Shown piece by piece: positions 1 through 10,864 of a stretch of 39,326 nucleotides of DNA. Under the pieces are notes generated by a model, which saw nothing but the letters and a program-made list of their open reading frames with translations, made no database searches and was not told where the DNA came from. Every line of letters begins with the position of its first letter. Position 1 is the stretch's first letter. Source of the stretch: Octopus bimaculoides (taxonomy: Eukaryota). A program made the translations under genes and the position numbers. The stretch spans positions 26,977,486-27,016,811 of the forward strand of contig NC_068987.1 of NCBI RefSeq assembly GCF_001194135.2, written 5' to 3'.

Positions 1-189
1 AACAACATATATATATATATATATATACATATATACATATATATATATCGCAGTTCAAACAGCATAAAATTAGAATCACCATTGATGTATCTTACTCTAT
101 GTATATACAACGATAGACATCATGAAACTGTTGAATTGTCTGAGAGAAAATGTCTTCAAGTACTTGTGTATAAAACACAATGAAGATTG

Positions 190-400
190 TACAGAATAGA
201 ATATCGTCGCCAAAGTCACTTTGTTGAGACTCGTCAACGCTGTGCATGTAATCATTACTCGCTTGAACAAAATTCTTACCTCGATATAGAGGAAACAGTA
301 AATAAAACATTTACTCGCACGGCAGAAATAGGTGCCAATCAGCCCCAAGAAATTTACGTGGGTTCAAAGAAAACTAAAGAACGTCTGTCTTAATCCCATT
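190..400 (+). mobile_element. Possible degenerate Penelope-like GIY-YIG endonuclease fragment
   Basis: The + frame reads ...QRCACNHY...AEIGANQPQEIYVGSKKTKERL. The EIYVGS..K.KERL stretch and the upstream CxC resemble the GIY-YIG region of Penelope elements. The match is weak and the flanks are broken by stops. Confidence 0.3.
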
Positions 401-554
401 ACTATCACGCTAATTTCTAGTGTCGATTCTATAAACTGACTACAACTTATGGAAAAGCATTGCATTTTCCACGCGTTAATTTTCTCATATTTGTCTTTAA
501 TTATATTAAAGCAGAGACAGAACGTAAGGAAAAGAAAGGACTTGAATGTGTGTG

Positions 555-557
<3 letters not shown>

Positions 558-607
<50 letters not shown>

Positions 608-660
608 ATATATGTATATAGATATATAAATGTTAATATATGTACATATACATATATACG
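558..660. repeat. (TA)n / TATG-type microsatellite
   Basis: Directly visible; it causes the YIYIYI ORFs. Confidence 0.95.
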
Positions 661-672
661 TTTAAATGTCCA

Positions 673-729
673 TATAATAATAATAATAATAATAATTATA
701 ATTATAATAATAATAATGATAATAATGAT
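673..729. repeat. (AAT)n microsatellite, read as an (ATT)n tail at the 3' end of the minus-strand LINE
   Basis: Directly visible, just beyond a minus-strand AATAAA at 741-736. Confidence 0.9.
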
Positions 730-1985
730 CCTTTCTTTATTAGCCACAAGGGGCGACAAAAATAAGATTGACCATTACAAAACATGAAGGACAAAGTGGG
801 AATGCATAAAGTGCTGTGTAAAAAGTCAATAACAATGAAAGATATAAACAGGCATGCAACTCTGGGCTATTCATGGAGTCCGCACGAAAAATTTACAAGC
901 ACCCCGACCACTGGGGCAACAGCTCACCCCACCCATCTTTCTCTGTCTCTCACCCTTGGAAACTGACATACATACGCTCAAAGTACGGACTATCTTCGCC
1001 ACATTCACCCGCCTTTTAACAAAATTACTGGAAGTCAGCACTTCTCTCTCAACCCTCACTTTCCTTTTCAGATGGTACCTGAAAAAGTGGATCAGGAGTA
1101 GGTCAAAGAGAAAACTATTTCTCTTCAGTTCTTTCAGTCTAGACCACCGCACAACTTCTTTCACTACAACCACCAGACAGAAGAAAATTGCGTTCCCTTG
1201 CTGTCCAAAGAAAGGCAGCGGTGCAATCTTCATGATGGAATCATCCGACAAGTTGACACGTCCTACTCGTGACTGTCGGTGTTCGACATAAACCCATATA
1301 ACAGATGTGCTCGGGCACTATACGAGTGCGTGCAGAACCGTCTCGTCGTTCTGCGCAAATCTCGGGCAGGTCCGACTGACGGCATTTCCGTGCCAGTAGA
1401 GTTTATCTCGAACAAGCGAAGCCCCATGTAGCACTGTCAGGCCAGGGATTTCTGGAAGTTATCCATTGGCCCCGGTCCGAAAGTCCCTCAAAACAGACTG
1501 GCGAGTTGAAATTCATCGACGCCTAGAGTCTACCCAAGAACATCGTCATTTCCTTTCACCACTGACCCTCTATACAGCGCCATAGTAGAACTTCAACTAA
1601 AGGCATTCCTCGACTGGCTGAGGAGCGTGAACGCCTGGCGACACTCAAGGTGCCAATCAGCCAGCTTCGGTATACGCTTGATCCAAGAATACAGCTCACT
1701 CAGAGAGACGAGCTGTGATAATACGAGTCAGACAAACGGCGACCACACCTGCTCACCATCGTCGTCAAAAAGCTGGGCGTGCCGCAGCCTCAGCGCACGT
1801 CTGTGCATCAATAGCCACGGCTAACCCAGCCCACTGTTCATAGGGTGCTGAGAGGAAATGGAGCGCCTGACCAGCGGAGTCCGTTCCTTCCATAAAAGGC
1901 GGAAAAGCAAACACTCCAGCTTGACCAGGCACGACTGGAGCAAGGCACCATGATAAGGCGGTAGTAAATGACTGAGGCGACGTCG
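726..1985 (-). mobile_element. Degenerate Tx1/L1-clade non-LTR retrotransposon: 3' half of ORF2 plus 3' UTR
   Basis: Minus-strand translation with stops and frameshifts gives ASVIYYRL..KLECLLFRLLWKERTPLVRRSISSQHPMNSGLG*PWLLMHRRALRLRH, a zf-RVT-like RTCPRFAQNDETVLHALV*CP, and C-terminal FFRYHLKRKVRVEREVL..FVKRRVNVA. The 3' UTR ends in AATAAA (741-736). Confidence 0.88.
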
Positions 1986-2068
1986 TAGATAGCGTAGTTA
2001 AGAAATCTGGCATGGGTGGGGCTCTGATCAATTTAGATCAGTCAAAAGCCTTTGATAGGGTTGAACAT
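1981..2068 (+). mobile_element. Inverted 5' segment of the same LINE (RT subdomain with the DxxKAFD motif)
   Basis: The + strand reads VVDSVVKKSGMGGALINLDQSKAFDRVEH, an L1/Tx1 RT motif, in the opposite orientation to the adjoining ORF2 relic. Confidence 0.85.
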
Positions 2069-2077
2069 ATTGTTGAG

Positions 2078-2330
2078 TGAGAGAGCAGAGCATGCCATCA
2101 ATGTGACACTGGAGTAATATATATACGAAGCCCAGTATACCCATCAAGACTACTCGTCTGAGAGGTGTACACTAAGCACATGCATCACAACCTTATGTGC
2201 GCGACATCGTGATTTCTAATCAGGATGAACAGCGCATGACCTTGCAGATGGGTGATATTGAGCAGAATATTTGCTGTGACCCATCTTTTATACCAAGACA
2301 AAAGAACGTATATAATAACACTTCCTTTCA
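2078..2330. repeat. Interspersed repeat fragment (possibly LINE UTR- or SINE-derived)
   Basis: Higher-GC block (agagagcagagcatgccatcaatgtgacactgg...cacatgcatcacaaccttatgtgcgcgacat) resembling a common cephalopod repeat. Family assignment is from recall only. Confidence 0.35.
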
Positions 2331-2374
2331 GTTAAGATCAGAAGACATGAGAACCACTGCCTGTAGCAGCAATA

Positions 2375-2603
2375 GTAGTGGTGGTGGCAGTGGTGGTGGT
2401 AGTGGTGGTGGTAGTGGTGGTGGTGGTGGCAGTAGTAGTNNNNNNNNNNNNNNNNNNNNNNNNNNNNNNNNNNNNNNNNNNNNNNNNNNNNNNNNNNNNN
2501 NNNNNNNNNNNNNNNNNNNNNNNNNNNNNNNNNNNNNNNNNNNNNNNNNNNNNNNNNNNNNNNNNNNNNNGTGGTGGTGGTGGTGGTGGTGGTGGTGGTG
2601 GTG

Positions 2604-2656
<53 letters not shown>
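2375..2656. repeat. (GGT)n/(AGT)n microsatellite spanning an N gap
   Basis: Directly visible. Confidence 0.95.
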
Positions 2657-2657
<1 letters not shown>

Positions 2658-3206
2658 ATCTAGATTATATTAGCAGAAAAATAAATCTATGTGAATGCAT
2701 TAGCTTCTATATCATTGGCTATTGGTTTTTTTTTGTATATATATATATATCAGATGCCAAGTCCCTCTTTTATGATTATATTATTCTAAGTTAAGCACTA
2801 TCATTCTGATTGTCTACACACTAGAACATTAATATCACCTTCATGGTTTCCGTATTTTCTTTCTTGAATACAAGCGTATAATGAACTCTATTACTAGCAG
2901 AGCCATTGTTTCGTTGTACTGATTTTAGTATATTAAACTTTATTGCTTCAATTTTTTTCCTATCTTCTTTTATAGAAAGTTTATGAGCATCCTCTTTCAT
3001 AAAATGTGTATATTTCATCCACAACGGAATAATTGTATTTCCACTTACAATGTTCACTCTACTTCTGCTCTTTTCAACATTGTTCTTTACTTTTGCCCAT
3101 TTCTTATTACCATAGAACATTTCATGTATGTTTCCTTGTTTGATTCAGAATCTTATTCTATCATTTGTTTTGAACGTGCTTCGTCAATAGCAGTGTAGTA
3201 CGTATA

Positions 3207-3210
<4 letters not shown>

Positions 3211-3254
<44 letters not shown>

Positions 3255-3272
3255 CACACACACACACACACA
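3211..3272. repeat. (CA)n microsatellite
   Basis: Directly visible. Confidence 0.95.
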
Positions 3273-4330
3273 CGACTGTATTTATACATACACGTGTCTG
3301 TATTCATGTAATTTATCTATTTGTCTATCTATCTATCTATCTGTGCTTGTGTGTGTGTGTTTGTATGTTTATATTATATGCATATGTAAATGTACCTTTC
3401 TGCATCACTGCTGTTAGTAAATTTATTTTGTTCGTTGTACATGTAAAGACATTTCAACATCAGAATTTATTGCTTTACTCTTCATTAAGAATCTGCAATA
3501 TGCGAAATACGCGACCCTTACTGCTCTAACAAAACCACCTTTATTTATTTCCTTATATATAATATTACTTTTAACCAACACTTGTAGAAAATGTTCTTTT
3601 CTCTTCAGCCAAGAAGGAATATTATACATCAGTTTTCTGTCTGACAGTATATCTTTTTAATTTCTGTCCCTTCCTTGCTTTATTTTTACAAATAAAAACG
3701 TATATTTCCGTTATATATANNNNNNNNNNNNNNNNNNNNNNNNNNNNNNNNNNNNNNNNNNNNNNNNNNNNNNNNNNNNNNNNNNNNNNNNNNNNNNNNN
3801 NNNNNNNNNNNNNNNNNNNNNNNNNNNNNNNNNNNNNNNNNNNNNNNNNNNNNNNNNNNNNNNNNNNNNNNNNNNNNNNNNNNNNNNNNNNNNNNNNNNN
3901 NNNNNNNNNNTATATATATATATATATATATTACTTTAAATTACATTTTTATCGATTATACTATTCATTCAGTATAGACATAATTCTTCTCTATTAATGT
4001 ATTCCTTAATAATAAATTTTGTCTTAGCACAAGGCTATACATTTAGAGAATAGGATATATGACTAGACGTTTTCAACCATCGTGTCGCAGTATACAATTT
4101 CCGTGCGTGCAGTCCAGTGATGTACCGCGAGGTTTCAAGTAAATCGGAAAATTCTAATAGATTTAGAAAACCTGAGTGTCGAAATAGATTAGAATTTCTT
4201 GCTGTATGCATTGTTTTTGAGAGTTTTTAGTGTAATAAATGGATTATGACATACTGACACATCTATATTAGTAAAATACCAGAATGTGTGTATGTGTGTA
4301 TATGCTTGTACTCCCAGGTTTAAAATTTAC

Positions 4331-4489
4331 CTCCAACTGCCTCTGACATCATTTTGCATTGAAGTGCCTGTGTGAGTGGTGTGGCCATGTTTCTAGACAT
4401 ATGGCTAATTTTGGATACTTCGTTTACTAGAATAGTACTTCGGTTGTATCTTCTGCTGCACTGGTTATATGTAAGGAGCTTTGCCTTTC
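4331..4489 (-). CDS. Candidate 159-nt exon (phase 1-1) of an unidentified minus-strand gene; may contain the start codon
   Basis: Acceptor aacatttctag|GA and donor GGAG|gtaaat. The frame is open: KAKLLTYNQCSRRYNRSTILVNEVSKISHMSRNMATPLTQALQCKMMSEAVG, with an ATG in aaacATGG context at 4388. No homology recognised, and a competing + strand pseudo-exon overlaps it. Confidence 0.3.
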
Positions 4490-4816
4490 CTAGAAATGTT
4501 ACATGTCTCATCTATTTCATGAATAATTATAACGCCTCCGTTTTCTTTGTGTTTTTCCCAACATCACGAAGATTATAGCATTTTATGTGCACTGTACATT
4601 ATCTATTTTGTCTTCTGTATAGATATAATTTCTTTTCGTTCAGTACTTGATTTTAAGTATCAAGAAAGCTTTTAAATTTCTGTACTTATGTTCGTACCAG
4701 AGCAAATTAGGTGGGCAATTCAATTTTAACCAACAATACACAATTAGCTAATACAATTGACAGTTATTAAATTCTATAGTGCTGCCCAGAAAAAAAAATC
4801 TCACATCCAATATTGC

Positions 4817-5028
4817 TTTCAAATTGTGGCACAAGGTTAGCAATTTCGGGTGAGGCGGTTAAACCGATTATATCTGTCCTAGCCCTCAACTGGTACTTAT
4901 TTTATCGACCCAAAAAGGATAGAAAGCAGTTACCTTCGGCAAAATTAGAACTTTGAAGGAAACGACAGGAGAAATGCCGCTAATCATTTCACCCGGTGTG
5001 CTAACGGTTCTTCCAGCTCATCGTCTTA
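4817..5028 (-). mobile_element. tRNA-derived SINE, family A (octopus-type)
   Basis: Shares the core ctggtacttattttatcgac...aaag with five other copies. The tRNA-like head is at the right end on the minus strand. Confidence 0.85.
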
Positions 5029-6356
5029 TTCACCGATAATATAAAAATTATCATGCCAAAAATGAGATAATATATATATATATATATANNNNNNNNNNNN
5101 NNNNNNNNNNNNNNNNNNNNNNNNNNNNNNNNNNNNNNNNNNNNNNNNNNNNNNNNNNNNNNNNNNNNNNNNNNNNNNNNNNNNNNNNNNNNNNNNNNNN
5201 NNNNNNNNNNNNNNNNNNNNNNNNNNNNNNNNNNNNNNNNNNNNNNNNNNNNNNNNNNNNNNNNNNNNNNNNNNNNNNNNNNNNNNNNNNNNNNNNNNNN
5301 NNNNNNNNNNNNNATATATATATATATATATATATAGGGAGAATTCACACAAAAAAAGACGAAACAGGTGGTATAGACAACAAAAAAATTTATTAGTTTA
5401 TTTACATATATATGTCGTTCAGGGAGTAAGATAGAGACAAAGGTATTGGATTTGAAAGCAGAACCTAGGCGGGGATACTAAAACACTGAGCATTTACCAC
5501 AACACTCTTCCGTTTCTGTCATTCTCTTCCTTCCATGTTCCTCTAAAGAATGAACTTCTACACTGTGCTCACTATTGTATTTTATTCATACATTTTATGT
5601 ATTTAGAGCCAGATTTAGCACAAATTTACATAAAAAAATGTTAATATGAGATAAAAAATATTTGTTATGGGAATACTCACAGACTAATTCTAGCAATAAA
5701 CTCTAGCTGGAAAGTAATATTATTATCTAATAAACTAAACTGCAATTATCTGTTGTATAACATGAACGGATATTCTAGATTACCCAAAACCGTACGTTGC
5801 GTTCATAGTAAGATGTCATATATTATTTATACTATTCTCATGACGTTTCTTAACTCGTACATTGTACCTTAAATATGTTTTATGAAAAGTTTCCAGATCA
5901 ATATGAAGGTCTTTTTTCAGCCATTTTTATCTCGGTGGATTTTCCTTATTTATTAACATTTTCGATTCATTACAGTAGCCTTGCTAACAATAAAAGGCTT
6001 ACTTGCAATGGTTTATTAATCAGAATTTTGCATTTAATTCTGTATGCATCGCTCTTAATTCCCTGCTGAATGTTAGTTGATATAAGAGTTACTCCTATTG
6101 ATATGTGTTGTTCTATGTTATATTATTTCTAGTGTACGCAAGACGCGAGAAATATTTTTTTCTATATGATAAAACTTTTCAAAACAGTAAGGCACTTTAA
6201 AACATATGGATTTTGAATTGAATGTCGTTCATACAGAAGAAAATACTATTACTGATTTCTTTCTCTCTATATTTATCATAAATCTTGTGTTTTCATTGTA
6301 CTGAACTACTTTCATCATCATATTTTCTTTAACGGTGTGCTTTCAATTATCTAATT

Positions 6357-6490
6357 TGAAATTATGTGGTGTATGTCTTATCATATTAGTCACATATTCC
6401 AGAAAAGTCTCAAATCTGGCTATCTTTACTTCAATATTAATAGCAGCATCAGCAGCAGTAGTAGTAGTGGTAGTAGTAGTAGTAGTAGTG

Positions 6491-6541
<51 letters not shown>
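6357..6541 (+). repeat. Copy 1 of a local duplication: ~90 nt unique sequence + (AGC)n(AGT)n
   Basis: Matches 7869-8016 with 2 substitutions in the unique part. Confidence 0.95.
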
Positions 6542-6542
<1 letters not shown>

Positions 6543-6579
6543 AAGAAGAAGAAACAATAAAAAATGATAATAATGATAT

Positions 6580-6730
6580 CTTTTGCCACTAATTTCGGGG
6601 CAGGCGGAAAATTCGATTCCATCAACCCCAGGACTCAACTAGTAGTCATTTTATCGACCTCAAGAGAATGAAAGGCAACGTCAACTTCGGTGGAATTTGA
6701 ACTCAGAGCGCCAAGACTGTCGAAATGCAA
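6580..6730 (-). mobile_element. SINE family A copy
   Basis: cattttatcgacctcaagagaatgaaaggcaacgtcaacttcggtggaatttgaactcag; the reverse complement ctgagttcaaattcc is a Pol III B box. Confidence 0.85.
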
Positions 6731-6753
6731 AAATAAAAAATAATGATAATAAT

Positions 6754-6914
6754 CCTATAGGCGTAAGGCATGACATTTAGTATTTATTTTATTGACCTCG
6801 AAAAGATGAAAGTGAAACCAACCCCGGCGGAAATTGAACTCAAAAAGTAGCGACGGGTGAAATACCGCATAGTATTTCATCCAGCGTGCCAACCATTCTG
6901 CCAGCTTGCAGTCT
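6754..6914 (-). mobile_element. SINE family A copy (internally deleted)
   Basis: ttttattgacctcgaaaagatgaaag...cggcggaaattgaactca...aaccattctgccagc. Confidence 0.8.
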
Positions 6915-6946
6915 TTAATGATAATAATAAGAATAATGATGATGAT

Positions 6947-7043
6947 GGTTTCAAATTTTGCCGCAAGGGCATCAATTATGGGGGAAAGAGGATTACATCG
7001 ACTCCAGTGTTCAACTGGTACTTATTTTATCGACTTTAAAAGG
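6947..7043 (-). mobile_element. SINE family A copy (3' part only)
   Basis: ggtttcaaattttgccgcaagg...gattacatcgactccagtgttcaactggtacttattttatcgac. Confidence 0.85.
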
Positions 7044-7286
7044 ATTTCAGAATAGACCACGTTATTTTTTTTGAATTTCTACACTTATTTTTATATTTCA
7101 TCTTTCATTTATTCTCATATTCTCGTGAACCTGAAAATAGAGGTATTGTTCAAATATTAATCACTTCAATACACAAAGTCAATATGTGTCTATTACATAT
7201 CTCGCTCTTCCAATATTGTATACATCTTTGTGATTATTTTCGACTATCTTCACAAATGACTACTACTACTACTACTTATGATAATA

Positions 7287-7460
7287 GTTTCAAATTTTGA
7301 TACAAGACAAGGAAGTTTGGTGGACAGAGTAAGTCGATGACATCGACCACAGTACTCAACTGGTACTTATTTTATCGACTCCGAAGAATGAAAGGCAAAG
7401 TCGACCACGGTGGAATTTGAAATCAAAACTAAAGGGCGGATTTTGTCAGATCGCATCCTG
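7287..7460 (-). mobile_element. SINE family A copy
   Basis: gtttcaaatttt...aactggtacttattttatcgactccgaagaatgaaaggcaaagtcgaccacggtggaatttgaa. Confidence 0.85.
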
Positions 7461-7461
7461 C

Positions 7462-7504
7462 ATAATAATAATAATAGTAGTAGTAGTAGTATTAGTAGTA
7501 GTAT

Positions 7505-7554
<50 letters not shown>

Positions 7555-7574
7555 TTAGTAGTAGTAGTAGTAGT
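7462..7574. repeat. (AAT)n(AGT)n microsatellite
   Basis: Directly visible. Confidence 0.95.
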
Positions 7575-7851
7575 CACTCAAATATTTCTTTTCTGTGCAG
7601 TAGCCTGTTTTCCAGCCTCTTCTTCCTCCTACGCCTCTGTCTTCTCCTCATCATCCTGAAAATCATCATCGTGACCGTCATCATGCTTAGTTTCTATACT
7701 CTACAACTTTCACTTTCATCTAACACAACGACGGCTATTGCGCATATTCCATTCCTCAACTTGTCACAGAAGAGGGAAACAAATGTCGTCCATCAAGGCG
7801 ACAATCATGATTTTTGAAAGAATCTGCCTTGTTATCCTGCTACAAGTTGTT

Positions 7852-7953
7852 TACCAGATTTTCTATTGTGAAATTATGTGGTGTATGTCTTTTCATATTA
7901 GTCGCATATTCCAGAAAAGTCTCAAATCTGGCTATCTTTACTTCAATATTAAT

Positions 7954-8017
<64 letters not shown>

Positions 8018-8028
8018 CCAGATTTTCT
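7852..8028 (+). mobile_element. Copy 2 of the local duplication, flanked by a 13-bp direct repeat (TACCAGATTTTCT)
   Basis: TACCAGATTTTCT occurs at 7852-7864 and 8016-8028, around an insert ending in (AGC)n(AGT)n. This is the geometry of a TSD-flanked retroposition. Confidence 0.75.
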
Positions 8029-8321
8029 CTTGGCTGATGCATTATATACATTCAGATGAACTGAAGTCAGCATTTGATCATTCTTTCATTTAATTGTTGG
8101 GAACTGGTTGTCAAAAAAGATGTTTACCAATAAGCTCAATATGTAGCTACAACAACGGGATCAAGATTAGTTTTCTTTCCTTCAGCAGTCTCAATAATAG
8201 GGAAAACATACAGCAGTATACACCCCATGTGATTCTATTCCATTATGATCCATATAGTGGCACGTAAGGTAGACTTCATCACTGCGATGCTAAAGGTTTA
8301 AAGGAATACAGGAACACTTAC

Positions 8322-8373
8322 CAATCTACATTCTAGTGTATTTTTGTTTGATATCGCAATTCCAAGTCCGTTT
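8322..8373 (-). other. Candidate 52-nt exon (possibly 5' UTR)
   Basis: Acceptor aaatttttacag| and donor TTG|gtaagt. Only one frame is open (NGLGIAISNKNTLECRL), and it is not phase-compatible with the neighbouring candidates. Confidence 0.25.
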
Positions 8374-9365
8374 CTGTAAAAATTTGTACACAAATTCAAA
8401 TACTTTGAATCCTTTTTTCAGTTTCTGCTTAAACGCCATCTTTACACTAACTCAATCTTGTAATACTAAGTGCTAACACGAAACACTAACGTTAAATTGC
8501 TAACCCTCAACGGAGCAAAAAAGAGCATGAAATGAAAGACGTGTGTGTGGAGGGAGATAGAAAGAGAGGGAGGGAAAGAGAGAAACGGAGAGAAAAGAGG
8601 GAGAGAGAGAGCGATGGAGAGAAAAGCAGAGAGGGCGGAAGGAAAAAGATCATGATATGTAAGACGGGTGTGTGTGTGGAGAGAGAGACAGAGAGAGAGG
8701 GGGGAAGGGATGTGAAAAAGTTTGGTCTGATCGCAAATATAGTTGTTGTAGGATTAAGTTACTTCGATTTGTCTGCGTCATGTTAATAAGTAAAACTGAT
8801 CTAAATCATTCTTTTTTCTTAAAGGTGACAGCTAGTGACGTACATACATACATGAATATACACCAACACTGTTTTCATGTCTGCTACGACTTGGCTTTGT
8901 GATCTGAAATCGAGCGCGTATGTATCTCTGAATGGTGGCTACATTAACGTTGACAGCCCACTGCCACTACTTATTTGTCACTTACACAACTCTGTTCTCC
9001 CCTTCCTTGAGATCAGGCACTCCCCCTATGGCAGCCACCTCATTTCCCCACACTAATACTTTTCCACCTTACTAATTTTATCCAAAGATAGTCATCCCAG
9101 CATTACAATTTTACAAGTTATAAGATACGATATACATAATGATGTGTGAGTGTGTAAAAGATAATACATAGTGTAAATAAAGAAGTTTATAAGGAAATAG
9201 ATAAAACAACAGAAATCCACAACGGCTACTTGTAAGTTTAGCAGACAACCACTGCCCATGGCAAAAAAAATTCTTAACCACACATGCATTCTTTAAGAGC
9301 AAATCTGATTTTTGGCTAAAAAAACCACCATGTGTGTGTGTGTGAGTGTGTGCATGTGTATATAT

Positions 9366-9398
<33 letters not shown>

Positions 9399-9540
9399 NN
9401 NNNNNNNNNNNNNNNNNNNNNNNNNNNNNNNNNNNNNNNNNNNNNNNNNNNNNNNNNNNNNNNNNNNNNNNNNNNNNNNNNNNNNNNNNNNNNNNNNNNN
9501 NNNNNNNNNNNNNNNNNNNNNNNNNNNNNNNNNNNNNNNN

Positions 9541-9569
<29 letters not shown>

Positions 9570-9573
<4 letters not shown>

Positions 9574-9748
9574 TTTTATTCTTTTACTTGTTTCAGTCAT
9601 TTGATTGCGACCATGCTGCAGCACCACCTTTAGTCGAAGAAATTGATCCCAAGTTTTATTCTTTGTGAGACTACCACTTATTCTATCGGTTTCTTTTTCT
9701 GAACCGCTAAGTTACAGGCAAGGTAAATACCCCAACGGTGTGGTGACA

Positions 9749-9780
<32 letters not shown>

Positions 9781-9976
9781 TGTATATATATATATTTACA
9801 TACGACAGGCTTCTTTTAGTTTCCGACAACCAAATCCACTCACAAGGCTTTGGTCGGCTCAAGGTTACAGTAGAAGACACTCGCCAAAGTTGCCACGCAG
9901 TGGGATTGAACCCGGAACTATGTGATTGGGAAGCAAGCTTCTTACCTTTTTACCACACAACCACGCCTGCGCCTAT
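9570..9976 (-). mobile_element. Composite tRNA-derived SINE, family B, with an internal microsatellite
   Basis: Reverse complement of the 33943-34400 copy: the head is at the right (ccacgcagtgggattgaacccggaac) and the tail at the left (ttcttttacttgtttcagtcatttga). Confidence 0.88.
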
Positions 9977-10391
9977 ATATAAATACAATATAACATATTT
10001 GTATTTGGAGAGTTGCAAAAAGTAAAATTTGGCTTTAAATTTTACTTATATCAATCTAATGAAGTACTTTGTTTTTTAATTCTAAACAAAATTAGTTAAA
10101 GTATCGATAATTTGTGTCCTTCACGATACTCTAACTCTTACAATTGCCTTCCGAAAATAGAACACGATTTATTATTTGTTTCTACAAACATTATTGAATA
10201 ACGTCTTGTATTTTTCAATTAATTTCTTGTTTTAAACGCTAATATGTTATTATCAGGCCAACTAATTATGACTTTTTGCAGACAACTTTTGCAAATTTAG
10301 TTTCTGTTTATAAACAAAATCAAAACAAAAATAAAACTGAAAGCGATAAAATTATATCCCAATTTCATCCCTTACAAATAATTTATCTTAC

Positions 10392-10570
10392 CTGAGTGCC
10401 AACCGATATGACAAGTGGAGTTGTGTTTCAGATTTTCGGTGATGATAATTAAATGAATATTCATTTTAACAAGTCTGCTCGGTAATTCAATGTAATTATT
10501 TAAGGTCATAAGGATAAGAGTTGATTTAATGATACGGTGACAAGTAATTAAAACGAACAAATTTCTATAT
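10392..10570 (-). other. Candidate first exon of a minus-strand gene (5' boundary approximate)
   Basis: Strong donor CTCAG|gtaaga at 10391, about 190 nt downstream of the X-box on the minus strand. Confidence 0.35.
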
Positions 10571-10580
10571 TAGTCTTCCA

Positions 10581-10593
10581 GTTTCTAGGTAAC
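10581..10593. promoter_or_regulatory. RFX X-box-like motif GTTTCTAGGTAAC
   Basis: Imperfect palindrome fitting the GTTNC(T/C)A(T)GGNAAC RFX site typical of ciliary-gene promoters. Confidence 0.45.
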
Positions 10594-10854
10594 TATAATT
10601 CTTAGAAACACAGTAACAGTTCTCTGAGCATATATTATTACGTTCGGTACAGGACGACGCTGAAGATTTATTCAAATAAAGGACATATAATTACATGAAC
10701 CTACGTATGTTGATCTTAATTTGTGTATTCATATTTGTTGGTATCTATTTATGTCTAACTTGTCTGATTGCCCCTCAGATGATGGAAATGAATGTAAATT
10801 TCTGAGACGATCTCCGCTGGGAGACAGCGTTTTGTTATAATAACATTTCACGAT

Positions 10855-10864
10855 TCTCGCGAGA
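10855..10864. promoter_or_regulatory. TCTCGCGAGA palindromic promoter element (BANP/ZBTB33-type motif in vertebrates)
   Basis: Exact 10-mer within a locally CpG-rich stretch (10.8-11.06 kb). Confidence 0.5.

Noticed and set aside
281-480. Minus-strand frame ...FFSFL*THVNFLGLIGTYFCRASKCFIYCFLYIE with an in-frame TGA and a gtaag donor (possible selenocysteine or readthrough)
   Set aside because: There is no SECIS evidence or recognisable selenoprotein motif; a single TGA in AT-rich DNA is expected by chance.
364-787. 131-aa and 112-aa ORFs with poly-I and YIYI runs
   Set aside because: They are translations of (AAT)n and (TA)n microsatellites.
2197-2794. ORFs with poly-G/S/V/W and X runs
   Set aside because: They are produced by (GGT)n/(AGT)n and an N gap. 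The same applies to ORFs crossing the gaps at 5.1, 9.4, 16.0 and 26.1 kb.
2821-3198. 99-aa Lys-rich minus-strand ORF
   Set aside because: No motif is recognised, the splice context is weak, and the composition reflects an A-rich strand. It may be an old TE remnant.
3198-3211. 14-bp palindrome GTACGTATACGTAC
   Set aside because: It is low complexity and sits at the edge of a (CA)n tract, so it is likely slippage-derived.
5337-5400. Short segment resembling a Penelope-associated cephalopod repeat
   Set aside because: It is too short and based only on recall, so it cannot be supported from the sequence.
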